From: Candidatus Omnitrophota bacterium
GTDB lineage: Bacteria > Ratteibacteria > UBA8468 > B48-G9 > JAFGKM01
NCBI GenBank assembly: GCA_016928555.1
Contig: JAFGKM010000003.1
Location: forward strand, 1,112 to 65,111
Reading direction: 5' to 3'
Length of the DNA stretch: 64,000 bases
The position numbers were made by a program, and so were the translations under genes. The notes below the pieces were generated by a model, which saw only the letters and a list, made by a program, of their open reading frames with translations, made no database searches and was not told the DNA's origin. Positions 56,007 to 64,000 of this stretch are shown here, piece by piece; the stretch's first letter is position 1, and every line of letters starts with the position of its first letter.

Positions 56007-57287
56007 ATGGGACAATTTCAGTACAATGCCATGGAATCGGGCGGCAAGCCGATAACCGGTACGATAGAAGCCAGCCAGATGCAGGAGGCCGTCTCAAAGC
56101 TTAAGGGTATGGGTTATTTTGTTACGAGTATTTCTCCGGCGAAGGCCTCCGCAATAAAAAAAGAAACCGGCAGTAAGCCCGCTGCGGCATCAAAGGCTGC
56201 CGGGAAAAAGAAATCCGCCGGCATGAACATCTCTTTCGGGGGAAACAAGATTAAAACGAAAGAGTTGATGATAGTTACAAGACAGCTTGCAACCCTTGTC
56301 GGTTCGGGACTGCCTTTGCTGAGGTCCTTGAGGGTTTTGAGGGAGCAGAGGAAAGGCGGGGCGGCAGCGGTACTCGGAAAGGTGGCGGAGGATATTGAAA
56401 GCGGCGCGTTGTTTTCCGAAGCCCTTGCGAAACATCCGAAGAGTTTCCCCAGGATTTACGTTTCAATGGTAAGGGCGGGAGAAGCGGGCGGCGCCCTTGA
56501 GTCTGTTTTAAACAGGCTCGCGGAATTCATGGAGAAAGAGGCAAAATTGAGGGGCAAGATAAAAGCGGCCATGGCATACCCGCTTGTTATCCTCGTTGTT
56601 GCCGTGGGCATATTGACTTTCATCATGTTGAAGATAGTTCCCACATTTATACAGATTTTTGCGGATATGGAGGCGGGCGAACTTCCGGGGCCTACCATTC
56701 TTCTGATGAATATATCAAACCTTCTGACGCAGAGATTTTATCTTATAATCATTTTTGTGGCGGCGATGGTGATTCTGTTCAAGATACTGAACAAGGTGAA
56801 ATTTACAAAGTATTATATTGACATGGCGAAGATGCGGATACCCGTTTTCGGCCCTGTTGTTGCCAAGACTATAGTCGCAAGATTTGCCAGGACTTTTGCG
56901 ACTCTGATTACCAGCGGCGTGCCCATACTGCAGTCGCTCCAGATAGTCAGGGATACGACCGGCAATGAAGTGGTGTCCAAAGGCATTAACGAGATAAGAA
57001 ACAGGGTAAGAGAAGGAGAAGGCATTGCCGGGCCCATGCTCAGGTCAAAGGTTTTTCCGTCCATGGTTACCAACATGGTTGCCGTAGGCGAGGAGACAGG
57101 CGCGATGGATGCCATGCTTGAGAAGATAGCGGAAGCGTATGAGGCGGAGGTTGATGCGGCGGTATCGGCTATGACCGCCATGCTTGAACCGCTCATGATA
57201 GTTTTTCTCGGAGGCATAGTCGGATTCATCGTCATAGCGCTTTTCATGCCCTTGATAAAACTTGCCATGGGGCTTTCCGGAGGCTGA
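56007..57287 (+). CDS. pilC: Type II secretion system F / PilC inner-membrane platform protein
   Basis: Start at ATG 56007 (MGQFQYNA); two T2SSF repeats, C-terminal 'MLEPLMIVFLGGIVGFIVIALFMPL'. Confidence 0.85.
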   Translation: MGQFQYNAMESGGKPITGTIEASQMQEAVSKLKGMGYFVTSISPAKASAIKKETGSKPAAASKAAGKKKSAGMNISFGGNKIKTKELMIVTRQLATLVGSGLPLLRSLRVLREQRKGGAAAVLGKVAEDIESGALFSEALAKHPKSFPRIYVSMVRAGEAGGALESVLNRLAEFMEKEAKLRGKIKAAMAYPLVILVVAVGILTFIMLKIVPTFIQIFADMEAGELPGPTILLMNISNLLTQRFYLIIIFVAAMVILFKILNKVKFTKYYIDMAKMRIPVFGPVVAKTIVARFARTFATLITSGVPILQSLQIVRDTTGNEVVSKGINEIRNRVREGEGIAGPMLRSKVFPSMVTNMVAVGEETGAMDAMLEKIAEAYEAEVDAAVSAMTAMLEPLMIVFLGGIVGFIVIALFMPLIKLAMGLSGG

Positions 57288-57400
57288 ACAGTAGCGGTGC
57301 GATTCATCGCACAAATGCAGAGGTGTTCCGCCACTGATACGTAGGCGGACTGAAGAATTTATTGCACGAATTTCTTTTTGACGTGAGAAGGAGGGGCAAA

Positions 57401-58093
57401 ATGGAAAATCTGAATACTATACGCTGTACGCTATACGCTGAACGCCAAGGTTTCACTTTGATAGAACTGCTTGTTGTCATAGCCATTATCGGCGTGCTTG
57501 CCGCCCTGCTCCTGCCTACGCTGGCAACGGCGAGGGAGAGGGCAAGAAGAACTACCTGTGTAAACAACCTGCGTCAGATTTCAATGGCTTATGAGATGTA
57601 TGCGGCCGATTTTTACGAGAAGTTCCCTGTCAGCAAATATGCGGTGGGAGGAACCGGCACTGCGGGCGCAAAAACTATCATTCCCTTTTACCTGAATACG
57701 CCGAGGACATTCTGGTGTCCTTCAAGCGCAAGCAGGAACAATGCGTCTCCGGGTGCTGTAGATTCCGCAAATTGTGAAAACTCCTATTCGTTTGTTTTCG
57801 GGCTGACCGCTTCAAACAGAGCTACCAATCCCGTGCCCATGATAAGCGACAGCCACATATACCAGAGCGGGATAACCGGCTTCGGCAATCACAAGTACGG
57901 TGTTAACGTGCTTTTCATAGACGGGAGCGTTCAGTGGATAAACATGGAAGATATCCGTTATGCCGATACTGCGGCTGACGGTTCCAAGGGTCCTGAAAAC
58001 AGCAATTTAAACGTTGCGTATTATTTTAACGGAACGGACACGCTCAGCTCCATAACAATAGCGGATGCGAATAAATCAAACTGGGGCGAATAA
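57401..58093 (+). CDS. Prepilin-type N-terminal methylation domain protein with DUF1559-like C-terminus
   Basis: Start ATG 57401 after GAAGGAGG SD; leader [17 protein letters not shown]|[22 protein letters not shown]; C-term '[12 protein letters not shown]'. Confidence 0.75.
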   Translation: MENLNTIRCTLYAERQGFTLIELLVVIAIIGVLAALLLPTLATARERARRTTCVNNLRQISMAYEMYAADFYEKFPVSKYAVGGTGTAGAKTIIPFYLNTPRTFWCPSSASRNNASPGAVDSANCENSYSFVFGLTASNRATNPVPMISDSHIYQSGITGFGNHKYGVNVLFIDGSVQWINMEDIRYADTAADGSKGPENSNLNVAYYFNGTDTLSSITIADANKSNWGE

Positions 58094-58117
58094 AAAATGC
58101 GGAGGAATCAATGACGA

Positions 58118-58174
58118 TAAATCCCCCTGTTTCCCCCTTTGTCAAAGGGGGAATTCAAAGGGGATTTGGGAGGG
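58118..58174. repeat. 57-nt structured intercistronic repeat, copy 2 (identical to 9399-9455)
   Basis: Same 57-mer; lies between the two pilin genes; GGGAGGG SD-like end 9 nt before ATG 58184. Confidence 0.7.
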
Positions 58175-58183
58175 AGGAAAAAT

Positions 58184-58846
58184 ATGATTACTGAACGCAA
58201 GGGATTTACTCTTATAGAACTGCTGGTTGTAATGGTTATCATAGCGGTGCTTGCCGGGCTCCTTCTGCCCGCAATAAGGAAGTCACGTTCCAAGGCGCTG
58301 GTAGACAAGGCGCAGGCGGAGATGACGTCTTTAGCCGCCATTGTTGCCATGGCAAAGATGGATGTGGGATACTACGTCCGGTTATGCGACCTGAATATGG
58401 TTGATGGGGATATAAAAGATGACTTAGACCCTAATCCTAAACCATACTACTATACCGAAAATTTTGCCGTTCCTGCAGAAGTTGCGCCGTTGGTAAATAC
58501 TACGACGGGTGTTCCTTATGATACCGTTGTCAAATTAGCAGCCGTCTGGGACGGCCCCTACCAGGTTTTCCAGGTCAGCGCCGTGCTCAACGGATACGGA
58601 AGCATTCCTGCCGCCGGCACTACGTCATGGAACGTTACTCCAAACACGGGAGATTTTCCGGACGGAACGCCTCTCGACCCGTGGGGAAGGGCATACGGAA
58701 TGTCCTACAACTATGCCGTGGATGCCGCCTCCGACAGGAAGTCGATGATTATTTACTCTGCAGGCCCCAACGGCACAATGGAGACGAATGTAGGGGATTC
58801 TCTCATACCCGCAGGTTCCGACGACCTCCTGTGGATATTCCGTTAA
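58184..58846 (+). CDS. GspG-like type II secretion pseudopilin / type IV pilin-like protein
   Basis: Start ATG 58184 (MITERKG|[22 protein letters not shown]); 'KAQAEMTSLAAIVAMAKMDVGYY' and C-terminal 'DPWGRAY...YSAGPNG' typical of GspG. Confidence 0.8.
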   Translation: MITERKGFTLIELLVVMVIIAVLAGLLLPAIRKSRSKALVDKAQAEMTSLAAIVAMAKMDVGYYVRLCDLNMVDGDIKDDLDPNPKPYYYTENFAVPAEVAPLVNTTTGVPYDTVVKLAAVWDGPYQVFQVSAVLNGYGSIPAAGTTSWNVTPNTGDFPDGTPLDPWGRAYGMSYNYAVDAASDRKSMIIYSAGPNGTMETNVGDSLIPAGSDDLLWIFR

Positions 58847-58901
58847 TCATGGGGTCAACTCTTGACACTTGACATCCTTATTTTTAGTGTGGATAAAATA
58901 A

Positions 58902-59654
58902 TTGAAACTGATAGACGCGTTTATTCTTGGAGCGGTTCAGGGGATTGCCGAATGGCTGCCGGTAAGCAGTTCCGGACATCTCGCTGTTTTTCACCATCTA
59001 TTCGGACTTGAAGGCAATATTTCTTTTGACGTTTTTCTCCACCTTTCCTCTCTTTGTGTAATTCTTATATTCTTCCGCAGGGATATCTTCAAGGTTGCCG
59101 GGGCGCTCTTTACATGGAATAAAAAAAATTATGATTTCAGGGTAGCCGTTTACATTATTTGCGCCACTGCCGTCACGGTTGCCGCAGGCCTTTTATTGAA
59201 ACCGCATATTGAACTGTTTTCAACCCTTAAGTTCCTTCCCTTTGCGTTTCTACTGACATCCTTACTGCTTTTTGCCTCTCTTCGCAGGGGTTCGGGTGAA
59301 CTGGATGCGAAAAAAGCGTTTTTTATCGGGTTAATACAGGGGATTGCCTTATTGCCCGGGGTATCGCGTTCCGGCGCCACTATATCCGCAGGCAAAATCG
59401 CAGGGATTAAGAATGAAGAGGTGTTCAGATTTTCTTTTCTCATGGCAATACCGGCTATTGCCGGTGCTATAGTTTATGAGATGAAGGATTTTTCTACGTT
59501 GCCTTTAGGGTTTCTTCTGACGGGATTCATAACTTCTTTCGTATTGGGGCTGTGTTTTCTTTATGTTCTCAAACGGGTTTTTCTCTCGGGCAGGATGTAT
59601 CTGTTCGGCTTCTACACGCTGGCTCTTTCAATACTGTTGTTTATTGCAGGGTAA
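58902..59654 (+). CDS. uppP: Undecaprenyl-diphosphatase UppP (BacA)
   Basis: TTG start; 'ILGAVQGIAEWLPVSSSGHL' and 'PGVSRSGATI' UppP motifs. Confidence 0.85.
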   Translation: MKLIDAFILGAVQGIAEWLPVSSSGHLAVFHHLFGLEGNISFDVFLHLSSLCVILIFFRRDIFKVAGALFTWNKKNYDFRVAVYIICATAVTVAAGLLLKPHIELFSTLKFLPFAFLLTSLLLFASLRRGSGELDAKKAFFIGLIQGIALLPGVSRSGATISAGKIAGIKNEEVFRFSFLMAIPAIAGAIVYEMKDFSTLPLGFLLTGFITSFVLGLCFLYVLKRVFLSGRMYLFGFYTLALSILLFIAG

Positions 59655-60207
59655 TGCTTATCCCCCGGTTTAGAGCGGCCGCGTTAAGTTCAATAAAGTC
59701 TTTTTTTACCGTTTTTCCGATTGCTGCGGCAATGCTTTCTTTTTTCAGGGGAAGGAATTTTAAGGCGGCGCCGAGCATAAGCACGTTAAGAGTTTGTATT
59801 GAACCGAGCTTTATGGCTTCTTCCGTAAAATCGCGCGTTATTATATTTCCCGCACTTTCTTTTATAATCTCCGCCATGTCCTCCGTTTTGTAGGTTTGTC
59901 CGACAGGCGGAATCTGAGCCGTGTTTACAACCGCAATTCCGCCCTTTTTCAGCCAGCCTGAAAACCTCGCGCCTTCAAGAGGTTCGGCCGCGATAAGCAT
60001 GTCGGCAGAGCCGCGGGGTATCATAGGCCCGTAAAAGCATCCTATCCTTACATGGGCTTCAACGGAGCCGCCCCTCTGCGCCATTCCATGGACCTCTGCG
60101 CCCTTTACGGGCATGCCCTCAATTATGCAGGCTGTCCCCAGTATGTTTGAGCACAGCAATATGCCCTGTCCGCCCACCCCTGCGATAAGCACGTCACATT
60201 TTTTCAT
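59641..60207 (-). CDS. iorB: Indolepyruvate:ferredoxin oxidoreductase subunit beta (IorB)
   Basis: 'VLIAGVGGQGIL' gamma-type motif; 14-nt overlap with iorA upstream. Confidence 0.8.
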   Translation of the reverse strand: MKKCDVLIAGVGGQGILLCSNILGTACIIEGMPVKGAEVHGMAQRGGSVEAHVRIGCFYGPMIPRGSADMLIAAEPLEGARFSGWLKKGGIAVVNTAQIPPVGQTYKTEDMAEIIKESAGNIITRDFTEEAIKLGSIQTLNVLMLGAALKFLPLKKESIAAAIGKTVKKDFIELNAAALNRGISITLQ

Positions 60208-61984
60208 ATTTTTTTATTGCTCCGGCGGGGCAAATCTCCGCGCATATGCCGCATCCTGTGCAGTATAGGGATATAGCCGCTTTATTTTCCTTGAAAGTTA
60301 TTGCCGGGCAGTTAATCTGCATGCATATTTTACAGCCGGTGCATTTCTCAGCATCCACGCGGAATTTTTCTTTCTGTTTTCTCTCAACGAAGATGCATCC
60401 TCTCTTTGCAATAATAACTCTGACGCCTTTTTTGCCCTTAAGAGCCTTAAGTTTTTGAACCGATTCCTTTATACGGTAAGGGTCTATCGTTACAACCTTT
60501 TCCGCTCCGCAGGCATATGCAATTTTTTCAATGTCTATACCGGCCGATTTTTCGCCTCCGGCAGTTATTCCGGTTCCCGGATGCGGCTGGTGTCCCGTCA
60601 TAGCCGTGGTGCGGTTATCCAGTATGGCTATTATCTGGTTTGCTTTATTGTAGCAGGCGTTGATGAGTCCCGTTATGCCTGCGTGGAAAAATGTTGAATC
60701 GCCTATTATTGATATTACCTCGCGTTCTTTTTCAAACCTGGACATGCCGGAGCCGGTGTTTATTCCTCCGCCCATGCACAGGCAGGTGTCTATCGTCCCG
60801 GATTGTATGCCGAGAGTGTAGCATCCTATGTCTCCCGGGAAAAGGGCATCTTTCCCGAAAACTTTTTTCAGTATGTAAAAAGAGCCCGTGTGTGAACAGC
60901 CCGGGCATAAAACAGGCATTCTGACGGGAAGACTGGCGGGGCTTTCCGGTTCTCCCTGTTGCTTTTCCTCTGCGCCGGAAACTTTTTTCAGTATTTTTTT
61001 CAGCAGGTCTACGGAAAGTTCTCCTCCCTCCGGTACAATTCCGTTCATCCTTCCGGAGATGCAGACTAACGGATTGCACGATTTTGAGATAATATATATT
61101 TTTTCCTCGATTACAGGGTCCCCTTCTTCGAGAACGAGAATTTTCTTTTTTCCTTTTATGAATAATGCAAGCTTGTTTTCCGGAAGCGGGAAAGTAGATG
61201 CCTTAAATACGGCAACAGGCAGATTCTCCTCTGCTTTCATCTCCATGATATACGGATAGGATATGCCCGATGCGACAATCCCCGTTTCCGAAGGATTCCC
61301 GTCCGTTTTATTAAAGGGCATTTCTTCCATGATTTTTTTCAAAACCGGCTGTTTTTCATTAAGGCGTTTTAACGCGGTGCGCGCATTGGACGGCACCATT
61401 ACAAATCTTGACGGGTCCTTTCGGAATTGCGAATCGCGCTTTATATGGTTTAGTTTCCCGAGTTCCACGTCGGATTTGCCGTGGGAAATTCTGGTTACGC
61501 TTCTCAGCATGACGGGAAGCCCCGTTTTTTCAGAAAGGGAAAACGCAAAAGCAGCCATATCTTTTGCCTCCTGTATGGACGAGGGCTCAAGATACGGTAT
61601 TTTTGCGAGAAGAGCATATCTTCTTGAATCCTGTTCGTTCTGTGAGGAATGGGCGTAAGGGTCGTCTGCAACCACAAGTACAAGCCCGCCGATTATTCCA
61701 GTGTATGCCGAGGTTATGAAGGCGTCGGAGGCTACGTTGAGCCCCACGTGTTTCATTATCGCCGCGGCCCTCCTGCCAGTAAGAGAAACGCCGTATGCGT
61801 TTTCGTAAGCCGATTTTTCGTTCACCGACCATTCAGTGTAAAATCCGTGAGTTTTTGAAAGCTCAATCAGTTTTTCCGTGATTTCCGACGACGGGGTTCC
61901 CGGATAGGCAAAAGAAGCTTCAATTCCCCCTTCCAGCAATCCATAGGCGATCGCATCGTTCCCAAGCAGGTATTCTTTTTTCAT
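60194..61984 (-). CDS. iorA: Indolepyruvate:ferredoxin oxidoreductase subunit alpha (IorA), TPP-dependent with C-terminal 2x[4Fe-4S]
   Basis: 596 aa; TPP-binding 'GDSTFFHAG'; C-terminal CTGCKICMQINCP and CTGCGICAEICP ferredoxin motifs. Confidence 0.85.
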   Translation of the reverse strand: MKKEYLLGNDAIAYGLLEGGIEASFAYPGTPSSEITEKLIELSKTHGFYTEWSVNEKSAYENAYGVSLTGRRAAAIMKHVGLNVASDAFITSAYTGIIGGLVLVVADDPYAHSSQNEQDSRRYALLAKIPYLEPSSIQEAKDMAAFAFSLSEKTGLPVMLRSVTRISHGKSDVELGKLNHIKRDSQFRKDPSRFVMVPSNARTALKRLNEKQPVLKKIMEEMPFNKTDGNPSETGIVASGISYPYIMEMKAEENLPVAVFKASTFPLPENKLALFIKGKKKILVLEEGDPVIEEKIYIISKSCNPLVCISGRMNGIVPEGGELSVDLLKKILKKVSGAEEKQQGEPESPASLPVRMPVLCPGCSHTGSFYILKKVFGKDALFPGDIGCYTLGIQSGTIDTCLCMGGGINTGSGMSRFEKEREVISIIGDSTFFHAGITGLINACYNKANQIIAILDNRTTAMTGHQPHPGTGITAGGEKSAGIDIEKIAYACGAEKVVTIDPYRIKESVQKLKALKGKKGVRVIIAKRGCIFVERKQKEKFRVDAEKCTGCKICMQINCPAITFKENKAAISLYCTGCGICAEICPAGAIKKYEKM

Positions 61985-62007
61985 TTTTTGAAAAACAGCA
62001 AAAAAAC

Positions 62008-62037
62008 TTGACAGAATAAGCCGGAAAGTTTTAAACT
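62008..62037 (+). promoter_or_regulatory. Putative promoter for paaK-like gene (TTGACA-17/18nt-TTAAAC/TAAACT)
   Basis: Perfect -35 at 62008-62013; weak -10; in 106-bp divergent intergenic region with iorA. Confidence 0.3.
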
Positions 62038-62090
62038 ACACAATTATACGCCAGAATTCCGACAATGGCAAGTTTGCGCAAGGAGGCCTG

Positions 62091-63395
62091 ATGGGCGATT
62101 TTGACGCGAAGATTGAAACCGCTTCGGCAAGCGGCCTGCTAAAAATACAATCCGAACGTTTGAAAACATTATTGAGATACGCTGACGCCAGAATGCCTTT
62201 CTACAGCAATGCCTTCCGGGAAAAAAAGATAAGCGTTGAAAAGCTTTCGCTCCCCGGCGATTTGAAGCACCTGCCTTTTACCCTGAAATCCGACCTGCGC
62301 GACAATTATCCGTTTTCTCTTTTTGCGGTGCCTGTTTCGGATGTCGCGGAGATACACGCTTCGTCCGGCACGACGGGAAAACTTACGGTTGTAGGTTATA
62401 CGAAAAACGATATAAAGCTGTGGTCCGAAGTAATGGCAAGAACCCTGGCATGCGCCGGCGTAGTGAAAGGAGACATGATTCAGAATGCTTACGGCTACGG
62501 GCTTTTTACGGGCGGGCTGGGCGTTCATTACGGCGCCCTTGAGCTGGGCGCGACTGTTATTCCCGTATCGTCCGGAGGGACTAAAAGGCAGTTGATGCTG
62601 ATGCAGGATTTCAAGAGCACTGTCTTGACCTGCACTCCTTCATACTCTCTCTTTATGGCAGAAGAGGCGAGAGAAGACGGAATAGACCCGTCAAAAACAA
62701 ATCTCAGGGTGGGCGTCTTCGGAGCGGAACCGTGGACTGAAGGCATGAGGGAGCAGATAGAAAAGGAATGGAACATACTCGCTCTGGATATCTACGGTCT
62801 TTCTGAAATCATAGGTCCCGGGGTTGCAATGGAATGCGAAGGCAAAAACGGACTGCACATATGGGCCGACCACTTCCTGCCGGAAGTCATAAACCCTGCA
62901 ACGGGCGAAGTGCTCGGAGAAGGGGATGAAGGAGAGCTGGTCATAACCACTATTACCAAGGAAGCGCTGCCGCTGATACGCTACAGGACGGGAGACATAG
63001 TTGCGTTGACCTGCGGAACCTGCTCTAACTGCGGCAGGACAATGCCGAGGATAAGCAAGATAAAGGGAAGGATTGACGATATGCTGATTATAAGGGGGGT
63101 TAACATCTTCCCTTCGCAGATAGAAACCGTATTGATGAACATACCCGAGGCGGCTCCGCATTACCAGATTATAGTCAAAAGAGAAAAGCATCTTGATAAG
63201 ATGGAAATACTGGTAGAAGTGGTTGAAGAAATTTTCTCAGACGAAGTCAGGAAGCTTGAGGAGCTTGAAAAAAAGGTTGTATCCGAGATTGAAAGCACAC
63301 TCGGTATATCTGTGGACGTAAAGCTTGTCGAGCCGAAAAGCATAGAAAGGAGCATGGGGAAAGCAAAGAGGGTTGTGGACCAGAGGGAAAAATAA
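62091..63395 (+). CDS. paaK: Phenylacetate-CoA ligase (PaaK) family adenylate-forming enzyme
   Basis: 434 aa; 'SSGTTGK' AMP-binding P-loop, 'YGLSE', PaaK-family N-terminal 'LKIQSERLK...L..ADARMPFY'. Confidence 0.85.
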   Translation: MGDFDAKIETASASGLLKIQSERLKTLLRYADARMPFYSNAFREKKISVEKLSLPGDLKHLPFTLKSDLRDNYPFSLFAVPVSDVAEIHASSGTTGKLTVVGYTKNDIKLWSEVMARTLACAGVVKGDMIQNAYGYGLFTGGLGVHYGALELGATVIPVSSGGTKRQLMLMQDFKSTVLTCTPSYSLFMAEEAREDGIDPSKTNLRVGVFGAEPWTEGMREQIEKEWNILALDIYGLSEIIGPGVAMECEGKNGLHIWADHFLPEVINPATGEVLGEGDEGELVITTITKEALPLIRYRTGDIVALTCGTCSNCGRTMPRISKIKGRIDDMLIIRGVNIFPSQIETVLMNIPEAAPHYQIIVKREKHLDKMEILVEVVEEIFSDEVRKLEELEKKVVSEIESTLGISVDVKLVEPKSIERSMGKAKRVVDQREK

Positions 63396-63439
63396 CCTTG
63401 CCGTTTTCAACTTTCTTCAGCGGGGAAGAGAGGGTAAAA

Positions 63440-63868
63440 ATGTCTATCACACAGCTGTCTGTTTTTCTTGAGAACAGGCTGGGACGGCTTAACGACGTTC
63501 TGGCCGTTCTGGGTCAAGGCGGAATTAATATAAGGGCTTTATCGCTGGCGGATAAGGCGAATTACGGCATCCTGCGTCTGATAGTGGATAATGCGCAATC
63601 GGCAATTGAAAAACTTAAAAAAGCGGACATATCCGTAAACTCCGCTTCCGTAGTGGCGGCGGAAATTGAGGATGAGCCGGGAGGGCTTCTAAAGGCGGTA
63701 AAAATTCTTGTAGATAACGGTGTAAATGTTGAATACATGTATGCTTTTGTGGAGAAGTCGGGCGATAAGGCGGTGGTGGTTTTCAGGGTTGAGGATAACG
63801 AAAAGGCGGAAGAGGTTTTAAAGGCGAGCGGAATAAAACTGTTCACCGATAATAAAGGTTCTTTTTAA
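63440..63868 (+). CDS. Tandem ACT-domain protein
   Basis: Start ATG 63440 (MSITQLSVFLENRLGRL) with GAGAGGG SD; two beta-alpha-beta-beta-alpha-beta ACT-like halves; common partner of PaaK. Confidence 0.75.
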   Translation: MSITQLSVFLENRLGRLNDVLAVLGQGGINIRALSLADKANYGILRLIVDNAQSAIEKLKKADISVNSASVVAAEIEDEPGGLLKAVKILVDNGVNVEYMYAFVEKSGDKAVVVFRVEDNEKAEEVLKASGIKLFTDNKGSF

Positions 63869-63913
63869 CCGTTCATAGAAAAGAGAGGATTTTGCATAGG
63901 GGAGGAAGAGGAA

Positions 63914-64000
63914 ATGGACAGGAACTGGATTGCTTGGTGGCTTATAGTATTGCTGAGCACGGTTTTTACCGCTATCGGGCTGACGGTAAGAATAAGGAGG
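63914..64000 (+). CDS. Partial (5' end only) membrane protein ORF running off window
   Basis: GGGAGGAAGAGGAA SD then ATG 63914; MDRNWIAWWLIVLLSTVFTAIGL hydrophobic helix. Confidence 0.35.
   Translation, partial: MDRNWIAWWLIVLLSTVFTAIGLTVRIRR

Noticed and set aside
57297-57312. Hairpin GTGCGA-TTCA-TCGCAC after pilC, considered as intrinsic terminator
   Set aside because: No downstream U-tract, and the next gene (prepilin) follows with its own SD. Kept only as a possible processing site.
1-64000. CRISPR arrays, rRNA or tRNA genes
   Set aside because: No regularly spaced direct repeats and no cloverleaf-compatible or rRNA-like segments in any intergenic gap over 80 bp (7988-8116, 20712-20901, 22784-23193, 24334-24694, 33585-34264, 41801-41947, 55874-56006, 57288-57400). 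None could be supported by eye.

Overview
This 64-kb window is coding-dense (about 48% GC) and most likely comes from an anaerobic, Gram-negative PVC-type bacterium (Omnitrophota-, Lentisphaerota- or Planctomycetota-like). I infer that from three prepilin genes with DUF1559-type C-termini, a BamA-Skp-LpxD-LpxC/FabZ-LpxA-LpxI envelope cluster, IorAB/PaaK, RtcB and many Fe-S proteins. The gene runs, start to end, are listed below.

- **1-6247:** a long minus-strand operon behind a textbook sigma70 promoter with an overlapping Fur box. It carries a Fur-family regulator, 2 DUF5320 zinc-ribbon proteins, 2 NifX-like proteins, 2 MinD-type ATPases with ferredoxin inserts, an ArsP-like COG0701 permease, a DUF1980 protein and a His-rich membrane protein. 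I read this as a candidate undescribed metal/cofactor-handling system.
- **6322-10514:** an amino-sugar cluster (PIG-L deacetylase, NagB-like, DegT aminotransferase, Gfo/Idh/MocA oxidoreductase).
- **10518-11118:** a small nucleotidyltransferase pair that looks TA-like.
- **11214-16200:** a consensus promoter driving an IclR regulator fused 4-nt to three tandem QueG/reductive-dehalogenase-like Fe-S paralogs. One of the three is an internal tandem fusion.
- **16206-19727:** four minus-strand genes that overlap each other: an orphan POR-gamma-like protein, RtcB, a DUF45/WLM metalloprotease and a patatin phospholipase. This is a candidate novel stress or defence module.
- **20902-33584:** an accessory island. 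It opens with a frameshifted IS256-transposase remnant, has lower GC, and carries URO-D-like proteins, a phosphodiesterase, a putative GH, a 1520-aa secreted GH42/CBM-like giant, a DUF1559 pilin-like gene and a GntR-HTH/sugar-binding regulator whose 5' end and operator are duplicated.
- **34265-50218:** core envelope and housekeeping genes (LolCE/LolD, IlvE, ClpC, BamA, Skp, LpxD, the LpxC-FabZ fusion, LpxA, LpxI, an FAD oxidase, HAD, SGNH and amidohydrolase proteins).
- **50252-58846:** ParA plus an RHH protein, then a pilus/T2SS-like module (PilB, PilT, PilB, PilC, a DUF1559 prepilin, a GspG-like pseudopilin).
- **58902-64000:** UppP, IorBA, a divergent PaaK ligase, an ACT protein and a partial membrane ORF.

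An identical 57-nt structured repeat with a 3' SD-like GGGAGGG sits in two intercistronic gaps, at 9399-9455 and 58118-58174. I saw no rRNA, tRNA or CRISPR arrays.
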